NCBI RefSeq assembly: GCF_006345805.1
Contig: NC_042997.1
Span: 91,450,001 to 91,514,000 of the forward strand
Reading direction: 5' to 3'
DNA length: 64,000 bases
Origin: Octopus sinensis
Taxonomy: Eukaryota
Part shown: piece after piece, positions 1 through 15,157 of the stretch
Position numbering within the stretch: position 1 is the stretch's first letter
Layout of the letters: every line of letters begins with the position of its first letter
The notes under the pieces: model-generated
Told to the model about the DNA's origin: nothing
Databases searched by the model: none
Seen by the model: only the letters and a program-made list of their open reading frames with translations
Position numbers and translations under genes: made by a program

Positions 1-345
1 ATATTCATGTGTTTGTGTGTTCATGTTTGTGTGTTTGCGTGTGTGTTTGCATGTGTATTTGTGTGTGTGTGTGTGTGTATACCTCTTGTGTGTGTGCATG
101 TTTGAGTGTGTTTATGTGTATAGGATTGTGTGACTGTGTTTATGTGTATAGGATTGTGTGACTATGCACGTGTGTCTGTTATGTATGGATGTGTGTCTTC
201 ATATGTGCCCTTGTGTGTGTGTATATGGTCATGTGCTTCAGTCTTCTTTTGTGTATGTGTGTGTGTGTGCTTGTCTGTTATTACTTATGTACTTATCTAT
301 CTTCTTATATATCTGTTTACTTATCCATTTACCTACTTATATATA
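1..345. repeat. Degenerate (TG)n and (TCTA)-like simple repeats
   Basis: Direct inspection. Confidence 0.9.
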
Positions 346-2689
346 TCATCATCATCATCATCATCATTTAACGTCCGTTTTCCATGCTAGCATGGGTTGA
401 ACGGTTCAACTGGGGTCTGGGAAGCCAGAAGGCTGTGCCAGGCCCAGTCTGATCTGGCAGTGTTTCTACAGCTGGATGCCCTTCCTAATGCCAACCACTC
501 CGTGAGTGTAGTGGTTGCTTTTTACGTGCCACCTGCACAGGTGCCAGACGAGGCTGGCAAACGGCCACGATTGGATGATATAGTTAATCCAAAATTGAAA
601 ACACAAAAAGAAAACACAACAACGCGAGGACGTGGAACAAATATAGTATTATTGGATGCTCAGGAAGGAAGGGAAGAAGGAGGGTTTAACGTTTCGAGGG
701 GAGATCTTCGTCGGAAGCATAGGAGAAGGAAAGATCCAGAGAAGGGAAGACAGAGGAAAAACAAAATCGCCAATGGTACACACGCGGTCACATATGTCTA
801 CATAACAGTCTACTAACAAATCTACCTGTATATGTATAAACTGTGGGTACTGGGGTATCTGAGACTTGTTGTTCATCACAGTCTGCATCAACTTGTAAAC
901 CACATAACAACATAAAAAAAATCCACTCTACTTTAATGTTATACATGTCTTAATCTGTTTGATATTAATCTGCACAAGACCAGCCCTGGTTCTACTTTAA
1001 AACATTCTACCAAATTTTAACTTATATTCCAAAAATAGATTAATTAGGCAAAGTTATTTTACTAAATTTTTCATGATTTTAAAAATTAATTGAAACAAAC
1101 GGAGTATATATATATCAACAGAGATATTGTAACAAAAGAGTAAAAGTATTGACTGGGTATATTTTATTGCACCATTAGCACAAAATAAATTGTCCCATCT
1201 GGTAGAACTAAAGATTTCTCTCTACATTGAAGCTGCTTACCCAAGGTGCCACACAGAATTATTGAACCCAGAACCATGTAGTTCGGAAGCACCATACAGC
1301 CATGCCGGCACCTCCATATAACCATTATGTTTGTTCTTCCCTAATTTAAATTGGTAGGATTTGAGGGAATTTTTTTTACTACATCTGAGCAAAGATATAT
1401 GATATTGGGCCCCAGGAACTGAATACAAAATATCTGAAGAGCATTAGACAAATAAATTGACTTTTATCAGGTGGATATGTCATAAAATTAGCAAAAGATA
1501 GAGCAAAGGAAGCAATCAGGTATTAAAAGGCCTCAAATAATATGTGCAGGAAAGGCACTCGATATGAACATGCAATCCAAATGGACAATGAATGTAGGGT
1601 GAAAAATGTAACGTGCTGTCAGTAGGGTTTATTCATGGCGGAGGAAAACAGAAGGAAGGAGTGAGGTCAGATTTTACAATATTGGGCTTCACAGCTGAGG
1701 TGATGTGTGACTGAGTTGAGTAGGACTTTGCCATACTGATAATGTGTCAGCATAGAAAAATGAATGTTAAAATTAGTACTGCGTTACTGCTACTGTTGAA
1801 TATCTGTGCTTAGGAAATCACTACATCGACATAAAGTCTTCAGTTGTTCTCCAATGGCCCTGTAGGTGATGGAAAATTACTAACAGTCTCCTAAACACCC
1901 ACCACTTCGAATTAATGAAAGAACTTCTATGTAGTTTTTTGACCTGCTACAAATAGCAGCCAAAATCTCATCTTTGTCATAGCTTACTTTCTTAAAAAAG
2001 AAATAACACATTGGGTAGTGTAGTCCTAGGTAGACTGTAACTGAATAAAAGTTGGGATGAGCACTACTAAAACATCATTGATTATACATCTGCTTAATCA
2101 GGGCTGATCTGGAGTGAAACAAGAGCAACATGAATCATTTGACTTTTTATGTAGGAGTGGTACCTACATTCCCAGATTCAGTTGCATGACATTTTCTACG
2201 TCTAATCACTCAACTGTGAAATGAGTGACTACTTCAATGGATTGTCGACTGAATTGTGTAGAATATTTAATAAAAGTTTGGCTAACATACAATAATAAAG
2301 AAAGCAAATAACATAACAGCACAAGCAGATTGTTTTTATTAGTGGGTCAACTATACAGATAGATCAGAGTTAAACAATAAACTTGGAATTTTCAGAGCAA
2401 TGAAAAACATGAGCTTAAGATCATATAATTTTACAGTACATGAAACGTTTTACAGTATATAAGGCAGTGTGGTGGAGTATGATAAGATCTTTAGATTCTG
2501 CTCCAAAATTACCATACAAAACTAGCTTTCTATTTACTGATAGTTTATCAAATCTAAGAACTATTTCAATCAAGAAAAAGAGATTAATTGAAATATTAAG
2601 AGTATCTTGTTAAAATAGAAAAATATTTTTATGAAAATAATAAACAAGTAATTATAAATTAGAAAGTCATACATATATGATTGTATCTC

Positions 2690-4030
2690 TCTCTCTCTCT
2701 CTTCAGTGTTCAAGTAAATAGAGATGCAGAAGTTTCTGATGTTCCTAGTAATTAAGGCTTTTAACTGAAGGTATTTCCCTGGTGAATGTTCTTTGTAACC
2801 CTTCAATTTCTTCTATGAGTTAGGAGACCAAAGCTGTGAACAGTAATCTAATCTGCTCAGAACTAGGGTTTTCAACAGTGTTAGCATGATAACAAGTTCT
2901 TTTGTCACAAAGGTTCGTAGAATCCATCCTATGAGATATTTGCATTTAGAGGTCAGTTTGGAAATGTGGCTGATGAAAGATGTATTATTTGACATGATTA
3001 CTCCTAAGTAATAAGTCATTAGCACTCTGAATCATTGTGTTATCTGATATCAAATATTGTGATTTGTGTGTATTCCTTCCGTAATAAAGAACCTGAAATT
3101 TTTATGTATTAAATTTTGTATTGCTTTTATCTGCTCATTGATAAATGAGATTTAGCTCATTTTGGAGTGTGATAGTATCTTCTGGAGTTTGGATAGCCAT
3201 CAGTATTTTTGTGTTATGAGTGTAACTCATTAGGTTGGCTAAGTAACTTATGATCCTATACCTGATAGAGTGATGGTAAATAATAATGGTCCAAGAACTG
3301 TTCTCTGAGTTATACCACTTATTACAGGTGACTTAGCTGAGAGAAAGCCATTTACAGCAACAGATTGACTCCTACCATATAGAAAGTCAAAGAGCCAATC
3401 TCCAAGTTTTCCTGTGATATTAAGATCCTTTAACTTATGATAAATGATTACATGATGAATTTTGTCAAATACCTTAGCAAAATCAAGGTATACATAGTCA
3501 GTGTCCTTTCCTCACAAAAGATTACTGAGAATAGTGTTATGGTGCTGTAATAGTTGTGAAAGGCAACTTCGTTCAGTCCACAAACCATGCTGGGTGTCAT
3601 CTAAGAGGTTGTTTTCTTCAAGGCATGCAAGTATTCTTTTCCAGACAATGTGTTCAATAACTTGTGATGTATGAGATGTGAGAGAAATAGGTCTATAGCT
3701 TTTAGCTTCAGCTCTGCTGCTTCCTTTGTGTATAGGTGTTGCTATTGAATATTAGAGTAGTTCAGGAAATATGCCGGAATCAAGCAACTTTTGAAATGTT
3801 ATCTTTAATGTTTTGTGAGGCTGTTTTTGCACTTTTTCAACAGTATGGCTGGGAGACCATCTGGTTCATATGCTGAGTTTGAATCTAGGTCATTAATAGC
3901 TGAAAGTATATAATCTTCCATTTATATCATCAATTTTTAAATGTGTCTCTGTAGTTGATTTCTGGGGATCAAAGAATTTGTTTGGCTTATATACTATTTT
4001 GTAAGCTATAGGTTGGGAAAATGCACTATT
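2690..4030 (-). mobile_element. Decayed CR1/L2-group LINE RT fragment
   Basis: Minus-strand remnants YRPISLTS, YLDFAKVFDK, TVLGPLLFII, VLSRLDYCSQLWSP with stops and frameshifts. Confidence 0.85.
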
Positions 4031-4625
4031 AATTCTCCATTATCCCAATTAGATTAAGCTACATGAAACTTGTACACATAAAATTTATCAGATACAGAAC
4101 GATGTTAATAAACAAAGTTTCTGTTGGGTATGTAAAGGCCATATTTCTTTAAACTACACTCTCATGAACACATCATATGAAATCACCTTTAGATAGTCTT
4201 TATGTAACTATTTGTTCCAATCCAAAATCTATCAACCCAAGAAATGGCATTTTGAAATTGGTTTTCAAAAGTTACCAAGGTTGGAGGTACTATAAATTTT
4301 CAAAGATCCACCAACCATAAGATCTTCCAATTCATAAAGGCTTCAAAAAATTTAACAAAAGAAACATTGAATGATTCTTCATCTTCTTTCTTTGTTCTTT
4401 TCTTCTTATATATAAGGGATATGAGATACCTTTTTTTAAAATTTGACATGGCCTTCTAGGTTCACATGGATGCTTAAATTGATTAACAAAGTAAATGAAA
4501 TAAACAATATAGTGAACCAAATTTTAATAATTTGGCATTCATCTGTACCAATAAGTCATTAGCACCTAATTGCAGTTCTTATCAAAACGGGCAATGAAAT
4601 GATATCTGAAATTCAAATTAATTAA

Positions 4626-4840
4626 CCCTTTTGATACCAACCTGCCTGAGATTGCCTTTGATATCTATGATACAAAATTTATGTTTTAACATGATTTAAA
4701 TTTCCATCAATTTTTATGCTAATTTATGTACCAATCACTAATTTAATAATGACAAAGACACTTTATGAAACTCTTCAGTATTTTCATAATTAATTGAAAC
4801 AGAGATTGTGTATTTCAGCAGAAATGTAGTAACAAAAGGG
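4626..4840. mobile_element. piggyBac-type MITE, second family (older copy at ~950-1143)
   Basis: TTAA|CCCTTTTGATAC ... GTAACAAAAGGG|TTCA; homologous interior at 950-1143. Confidence 0.7.
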
Positions 4841-7800
4841 TTCAAAATTGAATGGGGATATGCAGTGTGGAGTGAGTCTGTTCTTTAGTACATATGGTGA
4901 CAGCTTTGGGACATGCTTCAGTCCTATTAGATCTTGTTATCATAGCCCGTTAGACACCAAATCCCAGAATGACTCAAAAAGATGTAGATTTGAATGAAAA
5001 GTATTCAATGAGTTGGTGCTAATCTATAAAACAATGGTACTGGAAAATTTCCTGAGATGTCTTCTACATGGGGGACATGTAGTCAAGAGTAGGAAAATGT
5101 ACCTAATGTAAAGAGGTAAAACAATTTTTGATTGACTAAAATTACACTAGTAATGAATGATTATTAGTATTAATAACTAATTCTTTGTCAAGAAGAACAA
5201 ATGAGAATTTTGAAATATCTGGGAACTTTTCCAATATCATTATTGAAATTACTTTATCAATGAATATTATTCATTCAGAAACTATATCCTCACAAGTAAT
5301 TGCTTATCTGGTAAATATGTATTAGACTAAAGAGGTCTAACAAAACTGAAATATGTCTGGAGTTATGCTCACCAGTGATTGGAAAATGAGAGTTACTAAT
5401 CTTATAGTCTCTAATCAATTTTAATTTCAAAATTCTCTCACTTCCTTCTTGATAAGAAATGTCATTACCATTTGTAAGTTTTTTAAAATTCTGAATCTAA
5501 TTTGATTAAAAATTATTTTTGGCTCTCTACTTGAAGCATGTAAGCCCATATACTTAACTGTATGTTCTTCATGAAGAAGGTATCCATGAAAAAATTTCCT
5601 GTGTAGAATACTGCAATATCTACAGCATGACCTCAATTCAATATCTTAAAGTAGAAAAAAAAAGTGTTATCTTATTATTTTCATTAGAAAACACAAGAGT
5701 TTTACACCTTTGCATATATTTCTTTAATAATCCGACTTTATGGTGTCTATGATAACAAGCAACAGATTTTGCAGTGAATAGTAATACTATGGAATGCAAA
5801 TTAGATTTCTACTGGAACTGACAAAAGATGAGTTTAGTGTAGTTTGATTATATTTCTGTACATTCATAAGTATAACTGGCATAAGGCAGCATTAACTATA
5901 GTTTTAACTGCAATGTAGTTTGTCCTGTTACCATAAGATTTGTTATAATTAAGATATTTGTTATCAAAATGGAGATAGGTCTTGATAAAAATAAAAGTTT
6001 TTGTTTTTTTATCAGTTGTGGTAATTAGCTGTAGTTAAGAGGTCCTAGTTTGCTGTACAACAGATTTCATGCCAGGTAATGGAAACAGGCACATTTTACA
6101 TATAAAGCTCCATTAAGACACAACTCCACTTCAATTTTGTATAGAAGATCAATGGATATAGATATATATGTTCAATGGTGAAGACAGTGTATTTAGACAG
6201 AAAGTATACATGTCTGCTTGTATTCAATTTATACCATAACTAAAAAAAAGACTCGAATAATTTGAGTGTATAGATTATCATTTTTCATGAATTAATTCAT
6301 TTGTTTTTGTTGTTGGTTTTGTTATGTATGTCAAACAGATACCAAGTCATTTTAATTAGGTTGTTATTTGTATTTGATTTCAGTACAGAATAAATTAGGT
6401 GTTGTATGTCAATTAGTTGGAATAGAATGTTAGGAATGTAAGCCTTACAAAATAAAAACTTGTAAGTAAGTCACCAGCTAAAATTTAAAATCAATGAGAA
6501 AAAACATCCAACAACAGTAAATTTAATAAACATTCAAATTTTTATTTAGGACAAAATTAAAAACTGCCATCTTTTTATAAAACAAGTCTAAAAATTGAAA
6601 CAGATCTTTCTTTTGAGTAATAATTTCGGCTGAAGGCATGATACATATCTGAAGTGTAATAGCTCCAACTAGGATGGTATCTTGATTCGTTGGGTGCTTT
6701 TTGTCATATCATAGTACTTGCATATAATCACACGCACACACACACACATCTTTGGCCATTGAGTGAACACAGAACTTGGTGATTCTATAGAAGCATCTAT
6801 AGGATTTTGTCGGAAAGGGTACACTGGAGCAGCTTCCTGTTGCTCTTTCAATGTAGAATAAGGTCTAAGTATGTTTTCACAACAGCTGTACCTATATTGA
6901 TGACTAGATGAACTGAGACACTTAGAATGAAAATGTTTTACTCCAAGACACATGGAAATATAGTGTAGATATAAAAACAGTCAATGAACTTGTACATCAA
7001 AAAACTATCTGTTCAACTATTTTGCCTTATTATTATTGGCTGTTCAAATACAGCATAGCAAACAGGATATTTATTTGAAGGTGCTACAACAGAGAAAGTT
7101 GAAGTAAAAAAATAAAACAAAAAATACTTAACGATGACAAACAAAAATATAATTATTATTTTAAATATAGAATGACAGATCCAGTTGCTGAGAGGTTAGA
7201 CTTGCTAAATTTTGAGGTTTGGGTCAGTAGATTGAACCCCTAAGTCTACATCCCTAAGATTTCACCCTTAAATAATATCTCATTTTAAATGCAATCATAG
7301 CTAAGATAATCTGAATAATTATGATTAGTTAACAGCACTACAATGATTAAGTTTGCTACATTTAGAAAGTATAGTTTCAGGAGAATTCTTAGGTAACATA
7401 TGACACTATCAACTTTTGCAGGAATTAAGATTTTCTTAAATGGATTCATTCCTGAGAAGGTTAATTGATACATTTTTTATTAAAAAAAAAAAATCAAACT
7501 CTTTTACATTCATTTTTAAGGCCCATGCCAGCATAGGTGGAATGGTTTGACTGTTAGAGCAATTGTCTTTTACAGCCACATGACCTTCTTTTTGCTCAAG
7601 CATGAAGTCTGAACAAAATCTATTGTTTGTACATTCAGGAAAATAAAAATAAAAACCATAGTTCAAGAGTCTTTTGCTGGGGTTGTACTAAACAATTGTT
7701 GTTCTTAGATTGAAATTATGGCTTTGTGATCAGAAGATCAATACCCTGTGTTGTAGCCATTGTTTCATATTTGACTGGTACTAAAAAGAGGATTCCAAAT

Positions 7801-8958
7801 TAATCACCACCAATTCCCAGAGCAAAATTTGATCAAGATGTTATCTCTTGACTTCAGTGTCTTGACAGAAGCAGGCAACACACATGATCAGTTACAAAAT
7901 TTAAGTCATCAATAAACACAACACAAATTACTGTTGATACCAAACAACTTAATCAATTAGATTAAAATCTCACCTTAGTAATTAATAATCTATATATGCA
8001 ACTGAACTCAGATCATAATTCAGATAATAATTAGAACATTTTAGCTATCAGAGTAAAATCTCAATACTAAATAAATGGACTTTAATCTCAACCAAAGTAC
8101 TTAATAGTTATTTGGACAAAGGCAATAGTAATCTCAACCAAAGTACTTAATAGTTATCTAGACTAGGTCACTTAGTTAAGACACAAATTAGAAATTATAG
8201 TTACTTGGATTAAAGTCTTTATTAAGTCCCTAATTATCACCATAATTTTAATTTCTTAATTATCCTTATATCATCATCTTGATTAAAATTTCAAATAAGT
8301 TACTAATTAAGACTGTATAATTACTCCTACTGTGTCTCTAATGCAAAAGTTAACTGGATTAAGATCTCAATTAAGTCTGTAAATTAATCCAACACAGTTA
8401 CTTGGATTAAAGAATAAACTAGGTCATTAAGTAACATTATATATTTAAAGGGTCAACAGTTTCAGACATAAAGTAATTCCCTACACTTTACAATTTTCTG
8501 TGTAACACGACTTTGTTCTAAGCACTGGTAGTAGGTTTTGTTGCCTTAAAGTTGTCAGGTAGTTTTAATTCCTGGATGTAGCCATCTTACATCACTATAC
8601 TAAGGGTAATTTAGTCTCCTACATGTCATATTCTTAAATACATGCCTTGCATCAATAGATGAAATCATTAAGACATTTATACAACTTACCTGGTTATTAA
8701 ATAATATTTAATATTCATAGACATCATGTAATGTCAGGAGTAATGAAGAGAAGAATTTAAAGGAAGAAAATCAGAGAAAATAAAACAAAACTGATGCTTG
8801 TAAGAATGATAAAGCCTAAAGATTTGTGAAGATACCTCTAACAGAGGATATTTGGAAAACGACTGTGCCATACTTTTAAATCTATGGTTTGAGTAGACAA
8901 TACAACTAAATGAACCTAGTATAATAGTTAGAAGATTGTTTTAAAGGTCATCTGAAAG

Positions 8959-9185
8959 TTATTGATTAACTGAAGGAAAGATGTATTTCATAGCTGTTCT
9001 CTCTTCACTTGTAATATCTGGATGCCAAAAGTCCAACATGAGCACTGCCCGGATGTTATCCTCTTTGTGTCCATAGTGAGCAGCAGTGTGTAGGTAGGAG
9101 TCATCAAACAAAAGGCAGTGACCAGTCTTCCAGCTGTGTGTTTCTTTAGATACAGTTAAACTGCAATTATTAGGCACGACAATAC
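8959..9185 (-). CDS. ASPHD2: ASPHD1/2-like, coding exon 2 (terminal)
   Basis: Acceptor ttttttgtag|GT in phase 1 joins exon 1 to give CHMG-IVVPNNCSLTVSKETHSWKTGHCLLFDDSYLHTAAH...RAVLMLDFWHPD...FPSVNQ*, matching the AspH catalytic C-terminus (W..G.CLLFDDSF.H, R.V...D.WHP). Joined CDS is 948 nt, 315 aa. Confidence 0.92.
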
Positions 9186-12100
9186 CTACAAAAAATTGAA
9201 AACATTATCACATATAAACTGCATTTACCAGGCACAAACTGCCATACAAAAGGAATCCAAATCATCACAAACAAACTGTGGTTAACAGAGACAATATCTA
9301 TAAATAAACATTGTAACAATTTACTTACAATATATATTTCTGAGATAAGTTGCAGCAAAATTCTATCTACATTACACTTCAGTCATTCTGCTTATTATCT
9401 AATCATCTTTACACACACAAATGTACACAATCTTTCTAATAACATATTTTATGTGTTTCAGACTGGATCTTGAGGATCCTCTTTACTGGAAGCCTTGCAG
9501 TGATGTTAATATTTCAAAAAGCACTGGTTATAAGCAGAACAGATTAGTTTACAACTATGATCTTCTAACACTCCTCGACAAATATATTAACTAGAAAGGC
9601 TACAAAAGCCTTTCCATTACATTTTCACCAATAATATGAAAATAATATCAAATAAATGTCTAAATTACTTAGAATGACCCTAGACTGTGTCTTTATTTCT
9701 CAGAATGCAGCAGAGTGAGATATAGCATTGTTTATAATTGGTAGATTCTGGAGAATAATTTCATTATACAACATAAATTAAATCAAAAAACAGGAAGATA
9801 TTGTTAACTTCTTAAGGTATCATCAACTGACAATCAAGTGAAAAACCTCTATAACAACAGTCTTGCCTGTGGCAGATCCTAGCTCTTTGCATGATTAAAG
9901 ATTTACCAGCCATTTGTTATATCTTTAACCATTGGTATTTGTCTTGAAACACCGTCACTGTTTCTCAATGAATCACAAAATCACCTTCAAAACATTGCAT
10001 GAAGAAAAAAATCTCAAGTTCAAACTCTACCTGGGGTAAACTGGGAGGATTTAAGAAATTTTGAAATACTGATTTCTGTAATGGAATGGTATCAGAGTAG
10101 GAGTCTCAGCATAAGTTATAGACACATCAGTTTATATTGTCAGTCTGTGTTTTTTATGTTCAGTATCTTTTCAAATTCTTTCTCCCTCATTCTTCAGCTC
10201 TTTCCCTTCTCTCTCAGTCTAACTTTCTTTCTCTCTTTCATGCTCACACAACACATTTACACTCATCTCTCTTAGATAACAATGTAAAAACTATACATAT
10301 TGGAAAACTGTAGTAACTAAAATTCCTTATTTAAAAATCATATCTTTGAAATGTTAATATGCTGTTTCAAGTACCATGATAGGTAGAAAATAATTTATGC
10401 TTTGTTTCACATTTAAATTTGCTTATATTTGTGAAATATTCAGGTACTATGTTCTGTGAACTACACTGTTAAATTTTTGTAATGCTTGAAATATATATAA
10501 ATGCAAGTATAATTACATACAAAAAGAACTATAGAAAAGCTTACTATCAGTTAATCTAATGAAACAAAAGTTTTTCTACTATGCAGTACCCAGACGATGT
10601 CAAGATGTCTCATTAGTCAGCTATAATCAGTGTAGAATAGATTCCAGCAACTCATTCATGTGTCAGCAACAAATGTACACATAAACCATGAAAAATCAGA
10701 AATAAAAACATAAACAATAAAACAAGTAAGAAACAATGATCTGGCATAGTCATAACTCAAATATTCAGATTAATGTGAGTTAAAGGCATATTATCACTGC
10801 AACTATATAACTTGATATGATTTTAATAAAAATGTACGTATGTAGGTGTGTGTATATGTATGTGTGTGTGTTTGTATATGTGTATATATATATACATACA
10901 TCTCTCAAAAAGGATGGGATATGTAGGAGTGGGAGCCCCAAGAAGACATGCGATGAAGTACTGAAGAACAACCTCAGGATGATGAACTTTTCAGGTGAGA
11001 TGACAAAGCACTGAGTTGCCTGTCACCTTGCAGTACTCAAGAAGACCTGTACTCTGCAGCAGAAGTGTTAAGACCGGTCTTTTTGATGGTGCACAGCACT
11101 CATGGCAGTGTCATGTAAAAGCGCCTGTATGGCACATAAAAGTACCCAGCACACTCTGTAAAGCAGTAGGTGTTAGGAAAGGTATATGGCTGTAGAAACC
11201 ATGGCAAATCAGACTGGAGTCTGGTGCAGCCCTCCAGCTTGCCAGCTTTGGTCAAACTGTCCAACCCATGCCAGAATGGACAACAGATTTTAAATGGTGA
11301 TGATATAATATATATGTGTGTGAAGATGCATGGCCAAGTAGGTAGGGTGTTATGATGGCAAGATTGTGGTTTTAGTTCCTAGTCTGGGTGGTGCATTGTG
11401 TTCTTGAGCAAAACACTTCATCTTACATTGCTCTGCAATCACTTTGACACCTGACATGTAGTACACCATGCATCTGTTCAGGCAACATCGATTTGATGGA
11501 GAGAGAGTGAGCTAATGTACAACACATACATTTGATCACTATAAACAAATCATTTGTGCAGGTTGTTCGGCAAAAGCTGAACACTCATATAAAATGTGTG
11601 TATTAAACCTTTCTCTGTCATACACACAGATTAGAATTGTTGGATGGGTGGGGGTGGTTAATGTACTTGAAGTGGAAAGAGGGTTCACTTGTAAAGCAAT
11701 CTTCTTATAGGTCTGTATATATGTGAAGCGTGTATGTTGTGTGTTTGTGTGCTAAGTGACATTAAAGCTGACTTCATTAAAATTTGATTATGATAGAATA
11801 CAAGACCAACACACACACATATATATATATGTGTATAGTAGATGCTTATATACATACATATTTACGGATGGTGCTTTTTGAAACTGGTCGAGGGGAAACT
11901 ACTTTGGTTGCTCCTATTCTCCAACATTAAAAAGTGTCAATATGTCAATGCATATATGCTTGACATTTTCCTTTTTCTCTTTCCCTCTCTTCTGTCACAC
12001 TCTCTCCCTTTTGCTATTTATGCTTAATATATTTGTTCTATTCAACACTCACATTAATAATGTATTTTTATTTCTACTTCAATGAGTATTAGTATGTTTA

Positions 12101-12410
12101 CATTTTCATGTAACATATACGTAGACTATAATTGAGTCATGGAACTTCTATAACCTTGATTTCTATGATACTGTTTCTTCCTATAGAAATGTAAAATTCA
12201 ATTATCTTTTAATCATTTTGTAAGGGTAGCTACATTCAACCAAATAAAGTCATTTTCATAGATTTTCCAATGAGGACTTACATGATTTCCACATTTCTAT
12301 CTCATACTTAAGAAATTTATCTCTTTTGGGAGATTTTTCAATTATATATGTTATACAATTATATTATATTATATATATATATATTATATATATATATATA
12401 TATAATATAT

Positions 12411-12444
<34 letters not shown>

Positions 12445-12466
12445 ATATATATATATATAATATATA

Positions 12467-12683
12467 CAAGGGGAGTTGATAAGTAAGTTCCCAGTCTTAA
12501 AGGTGTCGTGAAAGGCCTCGTTGGAGGCCCAACCTTCAGAGTTCTTTTACAGAGCTACAGAAAAACAGAAGGGCCACTGCAGTTAAGTGTGTGAATCTGA
12601 GAGGGGAATATGCTGAATAAAATCATAATTAATTGATCTACCTGTATTTTCTTTTATTCAAAGCCAAGAGCTTTTAGCACTCC

Positions 12684-12686
<3 letters not shown>
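12467..12686. mobile_element. ~210-bp mariner-derived MITE (other copies at ~55057-55265 and ~60710-60915)
   Basis: Three homologous copies sharing GGAGGCCCAACCTTC..AGTT and GAATAAAATCATAATTAA cores, with GGGGTGCTGAAAAGTTCC-like termini. Confidence 0.75.
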
Positions 12687-12735
<49 letters not shown>

Positions 12736-12736
<1 letters not shown>

Positions 12737-14170
12737 TAGCAGAAATACCTGGTGTTACTTGGGATTAAAATGGCATAATTTGTATATATATATATTACAG
12801 TTATGTTGAAACAGGTGATACAAGAAAGTGCAGCATTGACAACAAAACATTTGTGGAGTAAATTTTAAAGCTTTGCATAAATGACAATTTGAGTTTAGCA
12901 CACCAATTTGTAAAAAAACATCACTTTTATAAGAATGGGATGGATCATATCTGAAAGCAGCTCCAGGTGTTGTGAAGAATGAATTTGTACATGGTCTGTT
13001 TCTGTGAGCTATTCTATTGGACCTCCGTGTAATCTGGTGTGCTAAACATTGTTTTAATGATACAGCATTAAGTGCTGCAGCATGCTTTTGCTGATCTTGG
13101 GAAAGTCTCATCTCCCTTCTGCCTTGAGATTCCATTTGATATGCTGGTGCATGCCTTTGCTGATGCTGAGAAAGTTTCCTCTCCCTTCTCTCTTAAGACT
13201 GTATTTGACATGCTGCAGCATGTGTTTGGTGATCTTTGGAAAGTGTCATGTCCCTTCTCTATTGAGACTCCATCTGATGTGCTGCAGCATGCCTTTGCTG
13301 ATCTTGAGACACTCTCACTTTCAGTTTTCTGCATTCTTCCTTGCTTTATAGGTGTTTCTAGAGAGATTAGGTTTTTTTTCTTTGGTGTCAAATTTTTTTC
13401 AATATTTTAAACAAAAAATTATGAACATAGAAAAAAATATATATTAGTCTCTATTTTGTAAACAGTTGTACATATGTAGTATATCTATATTTTTGTATGC
13501 AGTGTAAATTAACCAAATATAAACCAATTGTAAATAAGTTGCAACCTTCCAACTGCTGTGATAATTATGAACTGTTAATTGAATGGTAGATTTGTATTTT
13601 TATATACCTTAGATGGCTACCACTTATTTAGTCTAATGACTAAATTTTTCATGTTAGGCCACTGGTAATGGAAATTTCTAATATTTCTGATTACCCTTTG
13701 ATATTAATTATTGATAATTTCTTAGATAATTTTCAAAACGAAAAAGCCGGCATATTTATTTACTGCTGATAGGGAGCTGCGCTTGTGCAGTAGATTTGAA
13801 AACTTAGAATGTATAAGCACGGGGCATATACTGGATTGACTCGTGTATATATATTTAATCTAAGGTGTACCTGCCGAAAAAGGCTTCGCCTAGCAAATTA
13901 TTTTATTTGCTAAAAAAAGTCTGAAACCATTGGTTAAATGGTAAATGTTTTTATTTTTCATTCCCTTTGATATTTCATCTCTAATAGTGGTTCGGAATTT
14001 AACTGTCCTTTCTAGCATGATGGTAGTCCTATGATGGCTACCTCTTATGTGTTTAAATGTACACTGTATTTATATGAATAATATATAGTCTTTTGACTAA
14101 ATTTTTCACGCTAGGCCACTGGTAATGGAAATTTCTAATATTTTCATTTACCCTTTGATATTATTAATTA
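12736..14170 (-). mobile_element. Helitron deletion derivative retaining the RepHel N-terminus
   Basis: Minus-strand 3' end ...CTAG|T with a decayed hairpin; AFRYDP...Y......IG.LN..CHLCKALKF....MFCC is the Helitron N-terminal Zn motif; preceded by 66-bp coding repeats. 5' boundary uncertain. Confidence 0.75.
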
Positions 14171-14184
14171 TATATATATATATA

Positions 14185-14490
14185 CTAGCAGTATCGCCCG
14201 GCGTTGCTCGGGTTTGTAAGGGAAATAACTATATAAGCATTTTTAGAGAGTTACTTCCCTTACATAACCCGAGCAAAAATCATTAAAAATGCGGAAAAAT
14301 GATGGTAAAATTTTTTTAAATTCATACACTCATCGTAGACGCGCACTAATACCCAGAAGGGCTCGATATGAATGACGACTATAAGATACCCGCTTTTGGT
14401 TAAACTGCACCGCAAAATGTGGGAGTAGTTAGGAATCTAAATCGAAGTAGACAGAGTCTCACACCACAACTTCAATTTTATATATATAGA
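14185..14490 (-). mobile_element. Non-autonomous Helitron
   Basis: A|TCTATATATATAAAA ... CCCGAGCAACGCCGGG-CGATACTG-CTAG|T on the minus strand. Confidence 0.85.
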
Positions 14491-14503
14491 TATGTATATA
14501 TAC

Positions 14504-15108
<605 letters not shown>

Positions 15109-15109
15109 A

Positions 15110-15157
<48 letters not shown>

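Noticed and set aside
6669-6953. 94-aa minus-strand ORF as an exon of a third gene
   Set aside because: No recognisable motif or convincing splice sites; it runs through a TG repeat.
13068-13410. 66-bp repeat array as a CRISPR or a novel repeat protein gene
   Set aside because: Units are contiguous with no unique spacers, the context is eukaryotic, and the array belongs to a Helitron remnant.
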